DNA from: Phoronis australis
Lineage: Eukaryota > Animalia > Phoronida
NCBI GenBank assembly: GCA_002633005.1
Contig: NMRA01000260.1
Coordinates: forward strand, 75,821-139,820
Reading direction: 5' to 3'
DNA: 64,000 nucleotides
Within the stretch, counting starts at the first letter, position 1. Every line of letters starts with the position of its first letter. Shown here piece after piece: positions 11,201-24,219 of this stretch. The notes under the pieces were generated by a model. That model was not told where the DNA came from. It saw only the letters and a list, made by a program, of their open reading frames with translations, and did not search any database. The position numbers and the translations under genes were made by a program.

Positions 11201-14200
11201 CATCGACTTTTAAGCACCAGTACTTTTTATGTAAAACTGGAGTCATTGGTTACCAAATGTTTATGTTTTGCAGAAAAGAACCTGGATGTATCGTCCATCT
11301 GTACTGTTCTTATGAATTTGTATGTCCTTTCAGTCTTTGTTGTTTCAATGGTTGAATCAAAAAAGTTAATTAAGCCATAAAATTCTCAAGTCAGGGTGTT
11401 ATCTCTGTTGATCTTTCAGAACCAAATGTAATAAATTTAACGTAACTCTCGGTAAATAACTCCTTATCTCGATAGATGGACTACTGTGGTTCTTTTATTT
11501 GCTGATCAACAGCATACAGTTAAGTCTTGTGAGACCCCAGGAGTGAGGGCGTGCGTGCTTGTGTCAGGAACTCTTCAACTTGACTTATTTGTGTCCGTCT
11601 TGTGCGTGAATAAATTGTATGTAAAGTTTCAAAAAAGTTAATGATGGAATAGAAAGGAATTTCAAACATCATTTAGTCTATACTGCACTTGCAGTTAGAG
11701 GACACGTCACTGTCCCCTGGCCACTACCTCTTCGGCTCACCCTCAAGTAGCCAAACTAATGTTTTGTCCTGTTTCAAACTGTCACCTTTGTAACTTACAA
11801 GTGATTCTAACCTCATAGGGAATTATTTTTTGTTCTTTTGAGGATAATTTCTGGGCCTGGTGAGAGGAGTTTTGTATGAATCTTAAATATTTTGGAGGGT
11901 AATGGGCTGAAATGGAGGGCCTTGACATAGAATTATAGCCGTAAGTGTGCACTTGGTCATCCCGTGACAAATGCTTTTTTTTGTTTGCTCAAAGTTATAG
12001 TGTGAAAAAAGATCTGGTGAAAAAATACTGATGGGGATTGGGTAATGCAAGGTTCATTTTGTTTTGCGCAAGTATTGTTGGATACAAGGATGGTGTCTGC
12101 AAGTGTTCCAGTATTTTTATGAAGTCTCTAAGTTCTAGAATTAGTGAACTTAAAGGCTATCTTCAACGGTAACACCTGTAAATTTGGTTCTTACAGTATA
12201 TTAAGAGCATCGCTGTGAGCCAACTAGTACCATAAATTGAAAAATGTAACGAACTGTATTGGTTTGGTTTTGTCTACGTCACCGCGACAATCACCTTGTA
12301 ATTCAAACAGTTGCGAATAACACCCGCAGGCAATGGTGTTCTATTCAAACCCCTGTTGAATACAATTGTTATCGGTCTTTTGTTATTTGTTCTGGGCTCT
12401 CGTGGTGACGCAACATGGCACAAAAAGGCAGCTTCACCTATCATCTGACAGGCTTACATTTGCATGATTGAACTCGCATTTTGTTTACTGTCTGTTTAGA
12501 CCTTCTGTTTAGACCAATAAATCTAAAATAACAAAATTCCGTTGAAGTTGGACTTTAATTAAAAAATGATGGTTGGATAATTTATCAGATGCACATTCCA
12601 ATGGCAATGATCTGTCGGGCAAAAGTGAAAATGCCGAGAAAAACAAAAAGCTTAGGTAAAAATCCTTGGAGGAGGTTGGGCTAAATAAGTTGTGAGTCCC
12701 TGCATATCAAAGTACTAGTTTGGTCATGCTTGGTACATAGAGTATTACCCTGGAGCCTAAATCCTGGCATGTACTGAATGGACCACATCAAAATCTTGTC
12801 TTTTGTATGATGATATTCTGTTAATTGCTTGCCAGCTGCAAAGCTCTCTGTGAGTTTATTATCCCGTTTGACTTCTTTTTGATTAGTTACGACTCTAACT
12901 GCAGCAAAGTTACTTCCCTGAATTATTACTTGTTGATTTCTTGCCCAGTACAGCATTATTACTCTTCAGTCATGTTTGTTTTCTGCCTTATTCCTAATGT
13001 TCACACGGTACTTCTTTACTTATTTTGCACACAATATGGTGGACGAGTGAAATTCTATTTTGTCAAATTTATTCATCTAATTGAAGGTACTACCATAGTT
13101 TGTACTGTGTATTTGTCAACGTGAAGTAAATATCTTTAATTTGCTGTAATGTTATTAACCTTTGACAATGGAAAAATACAATTTGGCAATTGTGTTGTGT
13201 GAAGTGAAGGAGACTTAGCTTACTGGCAACCGACATGAAATTTGTGCAGAACTCCGTAATAGCTACATTGGTCTCGTGGAGAAGACAAGTCAAGTTGTCT
13301 ATCTGAATAAAATGCTGTACAATACCCCTTAAGAATAGCCAGTACTTGGTGGTTATGATTCAAGCTCTTTGATTCCTTTTGGTAAATTCACGATTTAATG
13401 TTTGTTTTTGTTTCAGACTGCAGCGAATCAAGAAAGAACGAAAGCAGAAAGACTTACAAAGGAAACAGAAGGCTGCAGAAAATAGAAAACACTTGGCAAA
13501 TGTCAGGTAACATCTGCGGCTGTACTGCCATCCTAATATGTATGTTAATTGTTTTTTATGCGAGTGCATTTAATGCTTAATCACTATTAAAAGCCAGGTC
13601 ACCATATTTATGAGATTAATTTACGCTACTGTGAAGAACATAGGTTGTGTTATTGATTATGACTATTTTGACTCGTTACCCTGACACGTAGACATTAAGC
13701 TCCGTGCATGCATGTGGCAGGTTTGAACATGTGTAGAAATGCAACAAAGCAACACCTTAGTGAATAAAGCTTATAGTCTGTCTTGTGCAGAAACTTTTGA
13801 ATCTGCAAAACTTTTTATTATGCCCACCTTTTCATTGTAGAGTTGTTCAGAAAAACTTGGTCTTTGTGGTCGGCCTGTCAACTCGACTGGCAGACCCGGA
13901 GGTGCTAAAAAAGCATGAATACTTTGGAAAGTTTGGCAAAATTCACAAAGTTGTCATCAACCAAAGCACGTCTTATGCAGGCTCTCAGGTAAGTGCACTC
14001 GTCACCTAGTCGTCGATGGTGATGGAGTTTTTGTGCTCTGTTGTAGAAAACATTTTTTTGGCATTGTGCTAGACTATGTGCTACTTTCTCAATTTGTTGT
14101 CATTATCACGTGGCATCAGGAGGGTTCAAATTCGGACGCTTTCTGGTGCAAACATCATGGATCTACTTCTGCTGGAAGGTAGTTGACAGAATGCATGATC

Positions 14201-17200
14201 CCTTTGTCCTCATGAGGTTGTTCAAGGTTGTAAAAGCAACCCATTCTCAATGTTATATTTTTGGGTTGGAAAAATATGATTTTTGAAGAAAATGCATCAC
14301 AACATTAAAGGGGGAAACTATTATTTTTGGTGTGACCTTTAGTAAAAGTACAGATCCATGATTACTTTTGGAGACAAGTTTGTTTAAGTTAATTACTTTT
14401 CTATTGATATTAATGGAACAATAGAGAATTATCTAGACAGCCCAGCAGAAGGCCTGCATCGTGGTTGTGCATGTGCTGTCCCTCAGCAAACACGAGTGAC
14501 CGGCATAAGGTGTGTTCAACAGCGAGATGGACATTGTATTTACTCAATAGAAGTGAATGCAAAAGGAAGGTGTGGGTCGTTTGCTGGTCCATTCACATCA
14601 TTGTTCAGACACACCAAGAGAATGAGTGTTAACACGTAAAATGTCTTTCAAAGATAACCAAGGGTCTGTATTTTTAATAAATGTATTATCAAAAACACGG
14701 TTGCATTCTTTGTCACTCCTAGCGTAGGTGGCAGACAGTTTTTGAATCGTGTGCCAAAACTACTGAAGCATTCTCTTAAATCATCAAATCACATACAAGA
14801 ACCAGCATATAAAACTTACAATCAAAAAATCATTCGTATGAGCAGCACTGAGACTGAATGTCTTTGAGTCATGTGTTTCGTATAAATAATTCCATGGTCG
14901 TGCATCTGATTATTGTTTGAAAAATTGATGTAGTGGCTCGTATGCATGATTTTTTGTCGGTACTCACAACTTTCGCATGTATGGTTCAAGCTGACGCAGT
15001 GGTTTTGGAGACAGTGTGTATGAATGCCTGGCTCCCCTCCCTTTGCCTTTTACCTTAAAACGTATAGATTTTTATTATCTACTCACAATAGTTTCAAATA
15101 ATTTAGCATTTTTGACATAAATCTTGACCTTGTAAGTAGCATGTTACTCCTGAAGCATAATGAGGTTATGTCATGGACAGTGTCCACTGTCTAGCTGTGC
15201 TCACGCCTTGTGTCTTATTGACTGGTACAGTTGAATGATGATGATAGTCTCAATTCGTTTGGAATGCTATTTTTATTCTTATTCTTCACGGTCATACTTG
15301 TCTGAGGCTCAGTTGCCAAGGCATCACTGTTGAAGTTATGAATATAGAACACTGTTGATTTGCCTATTGTTGTTTACAACGGATACCGCAATTTCCTTCA
15401 ACACAGGGCCCCAGTGCTAGTGCCTATGTCACGTATCACAAGATGGAAGATGCCTTGCGTACCATTCAGGCAGTGAACAACGTCTACGTGGACGGGCGAA
15501 CATTGAAAGCATCCCTGGGAACTACCAAATACTGTAGTCATTTCCTGAAGGGTACTCAGTGCATGAAATCGGTGAGTTAATGGGACCGGGTTCACAGTTG
15601 GGCAATTCAGTTACCCAGATTTGTAAAGCACTTACCATTTATGATTAGATATTTTGCCCAGTTTGTTTCAGATTGTCAACTTACATGCCGTAGACACCTT
15701 GCCATCTCTTGTGAATGTTAAGACAAACTACCGTGTGTTGTGTTCCAACTTTTGTACAGACACAGTTCATGCTTAAAGTAATATGACGGGTCATTCTAGC
15801 TACTCAGGTGTCGTGATGAGGAATTCTGCTTGAGCTCACCCGTTATGATGACGAAATTCCAAGTCATCTGTATGAGAAGAGTGTTACTTCTGTGCTAATT
15901 CCCTGTTGTGATAGCCAGCCTAATGAGACTACCCGCTCTCTCCCCCAGGACTGTATGTACCTACATGAACTAGGTGAACAGTGTGCCAGCTTCACCAAGG
16001 AGGAGATGCAACAAGGTCGGCACCAGGAATATGAACAGAAACTGCATGAGAACTTCCTGAACAGCCAAAATGTGGCCAATCATAGTGCTGGGTTGGCCAC
16101 AACGACGACTCCCAACAAGGTGTCGTCATCTCAGTCACAGCCAGTCGCAACAAATAGGTATTGGTGGAGGACCTTAGCCTCAGCTTTCAACGTTAAAGAC
16201 TTTCAATGGGATTTCGTATCCAATTTTATACGCAGTTGATTCATTATATTTTTGCAAAATTTGATTGGTCAGTTAAAATTGTTTGACATCACTCGGAGCA
16301 GTCAATCACGTAGAGAGTTATTGAACGGTAAATGATGAATGCTATAACTTTTTTATTTTATTTGTTAACTTCATTTATAAGTAACAGTTTCTCTCATGGT
16401 ACAGTCTCACTAAGAAGTGCCAAGAATGCTTCTTTTCATTTGTCAATTGTTTCTAACATTTTTGTGAGTGCCCACAATCTTTCAAAATGTCTTATTCATG
16501 GAAACGCATGAATTTGGTGCTACATATATTTTGTGGTCAAAATAAGCAAATAAAACTCCATTTGTCCATGATGTCCTAAATAGAGACGGAAAGTGACTGC
16601 ATCACATCCATAGTGACTACTCCAAGTTGGAGTCAAACAACGCAGAGTGGCCTATTCACTTGCACTGACACATTTGTTCAAATTTCAGCAAAATTAAAAT
16701 CTGAAGCAAATGCTACAGCATCCATAAGTCATGGAAGTTAGCGTATTAGCCGCTGGTTGGTGATTTTGTAGTTAAAACTTTTAACCCAACATAATTTCCT
16801 GTACAAAAGTTGCAAGAGTGAGGGCCATGCTTATGGTGTAACATCCTGGACTACCCCAGTACGGTGACATCGCAGTCTCAGTCGTGATTGGTGAGATTTT
16901 ACTGCATTAACTATCCTGTAGCAAGTGACAAATAAACGTTTTGATCTTAGGAAAAAGACATCATCACCTACAGAAGACAGTCAACAGCAGCAACTGCAAC
17001 AGCAAAATTCTCCGCCAACAACCAATCATTTACAACACAGCTCCAACAAAGAGGCGTGGCCGTCACTACAGTCAAAACCAGATAAGATCACCAATGGAAC
17101 AAAACACTCCTCTTCCACACCTCCCCCCACAGCAAAGTCAGAGACGCTACATAATCGAGCACCTGGAAATCATAGAGGGAATGCTCACATGAACAATGGG

Positions 17201-20200
17201 CCTCAAAGGTGGGTGAACGGATGATGTTTGGAGTACACAACATCTCGTTTGAAATATTTGTTATTGAACACCGTAGAGTTCCTGCAATAATTTGTGCATT
17301 AGAATGTTATTGAAATTCCAAGTAACATTGATAAATATGTATTCTTTAGGCTTAATGAACATAGCGTATTTTAAATCTTATTCCATGCCTAATGCTCAGA
17401 CTTGTGCTTTCTTAATGGTTTCCGCCTGCCATTCTGCTTTGTCTGTTGTCCATTCTTGCCCTAGTTGTATACAAATGTATCCCTCCAACATAAAGTAAAC
17501 CTTTTTGTATGTGTATATCATGCCACCAAGCATTTGTTGTGCCAAGGACGTTATGATGTGGTATTTCATAACAATTTGAATTGTATAATTATTTTATTGC
17601 AGTATACCTTCATCCAAAGCTGCTGCTCCAACAGAGCCTAAGACACAGCCAGTACAGTCACAGGCTGCTGTGCCACCAGTTATAGGGTCGAGTAGGAAAC
17701 ATCTATTCGGCGACCCTGTGAACGCTGACTCACTCTTTGGTAGTAGTGGCTTCCCTACCCACAGGAACCCCAATAAACCCAATGTGGTGCCAATGGTGCC
17801 GGCACCTCAGACAACAGGTAGGTCTTGTTTGTTCTGTTCAACGCGTTTTGTTGGTGTCCCAGTTCTGACGTATGCCTCTGTATCTGATTACGGTTTGAAT
17901 TACTGTCATGTAATAAGGAGGGCTGACGTTGATTTGGAATTGCCACTTAGGAATACTGCTATGCCCCTAGTGGAATTTTTTTTCCTATTGGAAGTTTATT
18001 TTTTTGCGCAAGGGTCAGTATCTGAATGATCGAATTCGATGAAGGTTTGTCTTAAAACTTGACAGAAATGTTTTTAGTAAAGGTAGGATAGCTAATGTTG
18101 ATTTTTAGACAAATCCAACAACTGTCATGCCCCCATGTCATTTTTTTTACTTCCTGCCTCATTCTCCACCATGTTCTTTAACTGAACATCATGGAATTTG
18201 GTCCGTGTTTTCATTTTAATGAGAGCACTGTTTATGTTGACTTTTGGACATGTCCGGCTACTGCTGTGCCACCTTCTGGCAGCTTTACCGGTCTGCATCT
18301 GTGTCCGTAACTACCAAGTCTCTTGGTGGAACTGCATGAGCTTTGGTAGGTGTGTTTCTATTAGAAGACATTGCCTGCCCCTTTTTTCATGTCCCCGGCT
18401 TGTTCTGCAACCTTTGTGGCAATTTTAGTATTTCAGGAACCATTGTTGGCATACATATTTCTATTTGCCAAATGGTATGAAGAGTTGTTACGAAATTTGG
18501 CAAAGGTGTTTCTATTGATGGATTGGCTGATGTTGCTTTTTGGACACTTTTGATTACTGCTGCTCCCTCTAGTGGCAGTTCTATTTTTTGTTTTTGCTTT
18601 AATATTTTTGATCAAGGATTTTCATGAAATTTGGCGGTTAAGGTTTTATCTCAGAGTGAGCATCAGTTTTGGACAGATCTGACTTGACGCGTTGCTCTTT
18701 TGTAATTATGACAGTGTCTCTTGGTGATTTGCTCCGTGGTTAGAGGGTCAATCAGTTTACTAGGAATTTGTGCAAGTGCAATAAGCAAGTAAATGAACAG
18801 TGTTATTGTGGCCTCCCTCAGTTTTTGTGTACTAGGTGGGCTGCTGGCAAACTATTTTTACTGTGAAATTGAACATGCTGTACTTTCATTCTTCTTTTTG
18901 AAATGTACACACAGAGCACCTATATTCAATGCATTTTACCCACGCTTGTAGAACTCTCGCTGCCGAGTACAGAAATCCCCGACACAATGCCTGTCTCCAG
19001 CTCCACAGACTGGCAAGCTGCCTTTGGCTTCGGCTCATCAGCTCAAACCACCACTAGTAATGATGACGATCTTGGTGAGTTATCTGGATCCTGTCCGAAA
19101 TTGTAGTCTTTAATGCCACTGTCTTTTGGAATCAACAAAGAAAAAAAGAAAATGAAAAGCGGATACTTTCTCAAGTTAAGTTTCTGCATAAAATTTATTT
19201 CGGAGCCGTGAATTTATGGCAACAAACTTACTTTATTTCATTTTTGGAGAACTAGACTAACTTACTCTAAGTTTGAATGTGGCATGACACCTAATTGTTT
19301 TTTCCATGCTTGTTGTGTTCCTTCATACATCCTGCGCCTGATTACCGGGATGTCACGTTTGCTCCCTACAGGCTTTGATCCATGGGACGAGTCTTCCAAG
19401 GCGCTGGCTGACCTTATAGAAAAAGAGACGCTAATCAATCCCTTCAGCTATCCACCACAGAGACATCCGCCTGGCTTTCAACTACCCCCCATGCCAACAT
19501 TCAATCCCAGTCAACTAAAAACAGGTAGGATGACCAGTCTTGTTTCTGTTGTACAGTGCTTCAACTGAATTGAAAAGGTGAATGACTAGTTTAGACTTTT
19601 TGTCAACTTTATTTGGAATTTTTTCTCTAGATATGAACTGTGGATTTTGCCAGTGTGATCATAATTTTCGCACATTTTATGTTTTGCAATTAGTCATGAT
19701 CATTAAATCAAATCTTGTAGATTCAAGAAGTTATCTTTGGTTAGTAATTCAAAAAAAAATGCCACGTTATTTGTGAGAAGTGTCTTATGTTTGATAGTTA
19801 AAAAATGAAGTGGAACCATGTCTAGTAAGTTGTATTTTTGGTGTGCCTTAGTGGTGTATGTTGTCTGGAAATGCTTTGCGGAAACTGCAAATGTATAAAA
19901 TAAATACCTGAGTTAATAAAATTCCCATTTTTTTGCAAATTGTTTGCTTTGTACATTACTGACATGGCCAGAAACTTTCACTGTCCGTGGCTTGTTTCTG
20001 CAACTGTTCCTATCTACATTCCTCAGAACCGGTCGGCACCAGCAAGATGCTGGGTCTCATGCAATACACTCAGGCAGGTGACATGCCACAAGCAGCACCA
20101 CCCAATGGCTCCTTTCGCGACCTCCTGTCATCCTCCACAGCAGTGCCGAGGTCATCCCCCAGCCTCTCGGGGGCGCCGGCGGTGCAGAGTGACTCGTTCA

Positions 20201-23200
20201 ATATGAAGGACTGGCAGGACGGACTGAAAGCCCTCCTGCCAAACATTAACATCAGTTTCGGTGCTGCACCAACCCCTTCTCAACCCCTTCACCAGCATGG
20301 CACTCACAACGGTAAGGAAATTTACGTGGTCAAAGCCTGACTGTGCATTGTTCCCAAGCCAGCTAAAGTGCTGTGATAATCACAAAACTGACTTTCATTG
20401 ATCTTTCAAAAATTGCTTTCACTGCAAACCAGTATTATGCAGTTTATGATGACCTATGTCTCGTTCTCTAGATGGTGAAAGTATGGTTGGGTGTCAAATC
20501 AAATATTATTTGTCATCACAAACAACGTGGAATTTTCAGTTAAATTCCTAGTCTGCTAACCATTTTATCGACGGAACATTTCATAAAACTTAGTGCAATG
20601 AAGTGAATGCTGATCAATGTCACATGTTCTTTAGATTCTGCATAAAATTGAGACACACCTCTTACCCTTAGGATTTATTGTTAACTTTTTCATTAGTTTA
20701 ATTACCTAGTGAAAGTGCTTTATTTTTCATGTTATAAATATAGGTTATACGACGTACCTGTTTCTATCAGTGGTTATACATCGAGATTCGTGATATGCAA
20801 AAGTATTTGAACGAGGGCGAAGCCAGAGTTCAAATACTTTTGCATATCATGAATGAAGGTATAATTGTAATCATGTTTATACTAATTGTAGTGTATTGTG
20901 TGCTCAGGTTGGTTACTTTACTACAAACAATGGAAACTTGAACAAATGTTTAATGGTATCTTCACAGTACTACGCTAGTTCTAGACTAAATTTTGCTTCA
21001 TCTTTGCTTTTTGTGGAAAATTTTGACAAAATAGGATTTCACTTGTGGTTTGGACTGAATAAGAGAAGAATTATTACAGTGGAGCCAACTTAAATTGATA
21101 CCGAACAATAGAATATTTTGGTTATTGTCATGAAATGTTAAACAACTACTAAATTATCTACCAGTAAACCCATGCACAATAACCTGCATAATATCATGAT
21201 TTATCGTCACATATTGTCAATTAAAAATCAACGTAACTGGTTAGCATGCGTCTAAAGGCCAACTTAACTAATTTTCAGTTCATTTGCTTGATCGTAATTT
21301 GGCGCTGGGGGCAAAAGTCAGTCGTTTCCTTATTTAGCTGTATTACTCTCAGACTTTCCACTCGACAGTCAGCTTTTAAAAGTGGTTACAGTCACCGCAA
21401 AATCGAAATCTGGTTAATGGAATATCTCTCTTATTAACATAATTCCTGTCGAAAGCAAGCATAAACTGATGATTGTTGGTTTTTACAGGTTGGTCTAACA
21501 GCAATACCCCTGACTGGTTGGCTCAAGATCCAGCTATAGTCACATCTGGTAATATTACAGATGGTGAGTGGATAAGAGGCAGGCTCTTGATCCATTTAGT
21601 GGTTATCGTTTTCATTCTTTGCTACATTTGGGTGTTTCATTTAAGGAAAGTAGGAACTATGTCTATTTGGATTAACACTCACATTCACTTAAATGCCCGC
21701 ACTCAAGTTTTAAATGGGAAAGCAACTGTTTTTCATATTTTAAATTTCTGATAATCTTAGCAAGGCATTTTGTAGCATTAATTGCCTTTCTTCTGACGTG
21801 GTTTACTAATTTTTCATGGAATAATTGAGAATGATACAAATGGCAAAAGCCCTGCAATTGGGTTCTGCGTTCACTTCCACGCAATGTCCAAGTCTCTGTT
21901 GAACACAGTCTATGTTGGTCATTCTAGTTTGCTCAGTGGAAGTACATGCCAAACCAAGATGAAGGCCTTTTGCGAAACCATTTACGCCACGTTTTCTAGT
22001 TACGTAGAAAGTAAAGACATGTCGGGGGATAGAAATTAACATGAAAAATTATCTTTTCAAGATATAAAATAGGTTTTGGAATTTTGACAAAGCAAGCATC
22101 AAAAACGGCTGCTTTCCCCTCTGAAATATCTCACCATGTTTTATTGCATCGTCACCCCTTAATTTTTTACTTCATTTATTTAGACAGCCTGGTCATTTAT
22201 TTAGACATCCTGGTCATTAATTTGAGTAAGTGTTTTAAAATAGGACCTCTTATATTGTAAGAGTTATAACAGTACCATGAAAGTTCAAATTAAAAGTTGA
22301 TGGAGCTTACTAAAAAAGACTTTAGGATGACAGTTACGAGAAGAATGATACTGGGTCTAAATTGGAAGAGAACACTTTGAAACTCATGCTTCAAAACTTG
22401 TTGAATTTATGGCTCGAAGAGGTTTTGTCAATTTGTTTATTTGGATTGTGGTTGCTGAAAGTGATTTGAGCTTTGAGTGCTACCTAATGCAGTCGAAGGA
22501 AACGGTAGTTGTCGAACTGTCGAGAGTGACTGAGAACGAAAACGGTGCAATGCTAAAATGTAAAGATGAAAGATAGGGATTTCCTATAATGGTGCAACGA
22601 ATCTTACTCTGTTTTGAGAATATGAGCCTGGAGTGTTCACCTCAAGTTGATTTCATGCTGGCTTGATCTTAATTCCATCTGTCTGTTTCCAAGGTAACTC
22701 GCAGCGCTCCGAGAGTCCGCCTCACTGGATGCGATCTCTACAACAGCTGACAGAAAATGATTCATCTACCACATTATCTTCAACAACCAATCACAGGCTA
22801 CCCTTTGTTCAGCAGTTTCAGTTCCGTGGTGCTGGCTGGCCCACGCAGTCTCAGACACCACCCCCAGGCTTCAGTGCACCACTGAGGCCAGGGCCACAAA
22901 CTACAGAACCACAGATTGCTCAAGGTTTGTCCTTCATTTTTTGTTTGTTCGCACTCTACAGGTCGCACTTTTCATCCAATTCGCATGAAATTTGCGCACA
23001 ACCTCTGTCTCCTTAAGAGCTGGAAGCTTATTGTTTTTGGTAATGATCGGATTCAAGATGGCGGATGTGGTGGCCATTTTGTTTTTGAATTCAGATTCAA
23101 ATGCTCGTAGAGGCCGCAGTTTTTTTATGTACATGGCTGAATGATTATTGCACCAGGCGTGTTCTACAGATGTGCCAGAAATCCTTTACTTTCGATCAAA

Positions 23201-24219
23201 AATGGCGAAAATATCGGCTATTGCGCATGGACACCTCAATTTCGAGACGAAAACGTTTTGTCCTGTAGAGGTCGCATTGTAGGTCCAATTGCTTTTTAAT
23301 TTTCCATGTGTTAGCTTCCTGTAGTTACCTGTTATCGAGTGGTGCTTAACTGGAAGTTGCTTTCACGATGGCGGATATGGCGGGTTTTCATCCGAATGAC
23401 CTCTAACAATATTTTCTCATACTTAACGTTTTTGATTTATTTGACTTTCAAAAAAATGCAAAATTTAAAATTTCCAAGAAGTTAATAGAATTTTGCAAAA
23501 CTACTTTGCTAGATAAAGATTTGAACGGGCTTTCGGACGATGTTTTCAATTTTTCACTAGGACATCTACTTTTCGAATTATTCAAGATTTTCTGTTTATG
23601 CTGTTCCTTTGTTGACGGATTTTGTTGCACTTTTGTTGGTTTACCTTCTATCAAACAAGGCTATAGCCTATTTCATACTAATTTCTGACATCTTTGTTCG
23701 TCTTATGAATATTATCATTATGTTCATCATCACCATCGTTGTCATCATCATCTCCATTGAAGTCTTTTCAGTTATTCGCCAAGTGTCACTCTTCTGAGCA
23801 CTTTCATGTTGTGGTCTTATTGTGCTTAATCCCAGGAATGTGAAACAATGTCTTCCCATTCTTATATGAGGTGTTGTTTTATGTTCAGTGACTAAAGCAA
23901 GGAACTTTTAATGGACAAATTTGGCTCATATTTTCCTGAAATTCCTGAAATAAGGATTTCATGGCCGCAGTGCTTTTGTGCAAGCACTTAACACTTCAAA
24001 AGCCAGTAACCTGGGTTTTAAATTTTTGAGAGGAGAATGGGAGGTTTATCGTTTTCATCATTCAAATACAAGGGTATCTCTGGCTTTGGACTTCCATGTG
24101 TTTGCTCTCCAGCATTTGTATATGGTGTGGCTGTGACTCTGACTGTGACTGTCCTTATTGCTATGCCCTGGATGACACTGGCCTAACTTACACAATGCCT
24201 CTTTTCAGGTCTAAAATAG
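8247..24219 (+). CDS. CNOT4: CCR4-NOT transcription complex subunit 4 (RING E3 ligase; RING-RRM-C3H1), 15 coding exons, 723 aa
   Basis: join(8247-8273,10065-10133,10684-10796,13417-13506,13841-13988,15407-15571,15949-16157,16951-17208,17603-17817,18952-19074,19372-19524,20027-20311,21489-21563,22694-22924,24209-24219). All introns GT-AG and phase-consistent. CPLCME..FFPCTCGYQICRFCWHRIRTDENGLCPACRK RING, VVQKNLVFVVGL RRM, C3H1 KYCSHFLK..C...DCMYLHE, and the DDLGFDPW..KALADLIEKE motif. Confidence 0.96.
10065..10133 (+). CDS. CNOT4: CNOT4 exon, RING N-half
   Basis: CPLCMEQLEMDDLNFFPCTCGYQ. Confidence 0.97.
10684..10796 (+). CDS. CNOT4: CNOT4 exon, RING C-half
   Basis: ICRFCWHRIRTDENGLCPACRKQYSEDPAEFKPLTDD. 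Confidence 0.97.
13417..13506 (+). CDS. CNOT4: CNOT4 exon, coiled-coil linker
   Basis: LQRIKKERKQKDLQRKQKAAENRKHLANV. Confidence 0.96.
13841..13988 (+). CDS. CNOT4: CNOT4 exon, RRM N-half
   Basis: VVQKNLVFVVGLSTRLADPEVLKKHEYFGKFGKIHKVVINQSTSYAGSQ. Confidence 0.97.
15407..15571 (+). CDS. CNOT4: CNOT4 exon, RRM C-half and start of zinc finger
   Basis: GPSASAYVTYHKMEDALRTIQAVNNVYVDGRTLKASLGTTKYCSHFLKGTQCMKS. Confidence 0.97.
15949..16157 (+). CDS. CNOT4: CNOT4 exon, end of C3H1 finger
   Basis: DCMYLHELGEQCASFTKEEMQQGRHQEYEQKL... Confidence 0.95.
16951..17208 (+). CDS. CNOT4: CNOT4 exon, low-complexity region
   Basis: KKTSSPTEDSQQQQ...EAWPSL...NGPQ; phase 2-2 with AG/GT boundaries. Confidence 0.85.
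17603..17817 (+). CDS. CNOT4: CNOT4 exon, low-complexity region
   Basis: IPSSKAAAPTEPK...SLFGSSGFPTHRNPNKP...; phase 2-1. Confidence 0.85.
18952..19074 (+). CDS. CNOT4: CNOT4 exon
   Basis: PVSSSTDWQAAFGFGSS...DDDL, matching the metazoan CNOT4 motif. Confidence 0.95.
19372..19524 (+). CDS. CNOT4: CNOT4 exon with CAF40-binding motif
   Basis: GFDPWDESSKALADLIEKE...HPPGF. Confidence 0.95.
20027..20311 (+). CDS. CNOT4: CNOT4 exon
   Basis: KDWQDGLKALLPNINISFG conserved motif. Confidence 0.94.
20786..20854. repeat. Near-perfect hairpin element with GCGAAGC loop (palindromic MITE-like)
   Basis: attcgtgatatgcaaaagtatttgaac / gttcaaatacttttgcatatcatgaat arms around gagggcgaagccaga. Confidence 0.85.
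21489..21563 (+). CDS. CNOT4: CNOT4 exon
   Basis: WSNSNTPDWLAQDPAIVTSGNITD (DPAI motif). Confidence 0.9.
22694..22924 (+). CDS. CNOT4: CNOT4 exon
   Basis: PPHWMRSLQQLTE and PPPGF motifs; acceptor tttccaag. Confidence 0.9.
22945..23400. mobile_element. Non-autonomous repeat with ~150-160 bp internal tandem units (Helentron/HINE-like)
   Basis: TAGAGGTCGCA...TCCAATT motif recurs at ~22957, ~23108 and ~23265, with AAGATGGCGG/GGCCATTTTG motifs; family assignment is inferred. Confidence 0.45.
24209..24219 (+). CDS. CNOT4: CNOT4 probable terminal coding exon (GLK-stop)
   Basis: Branch-like ctaac, then cttttcag acceptor; phase 1 gives GGT CTA AAA TAG, followed by a long UTR-like tract. Confidence 0.65.
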
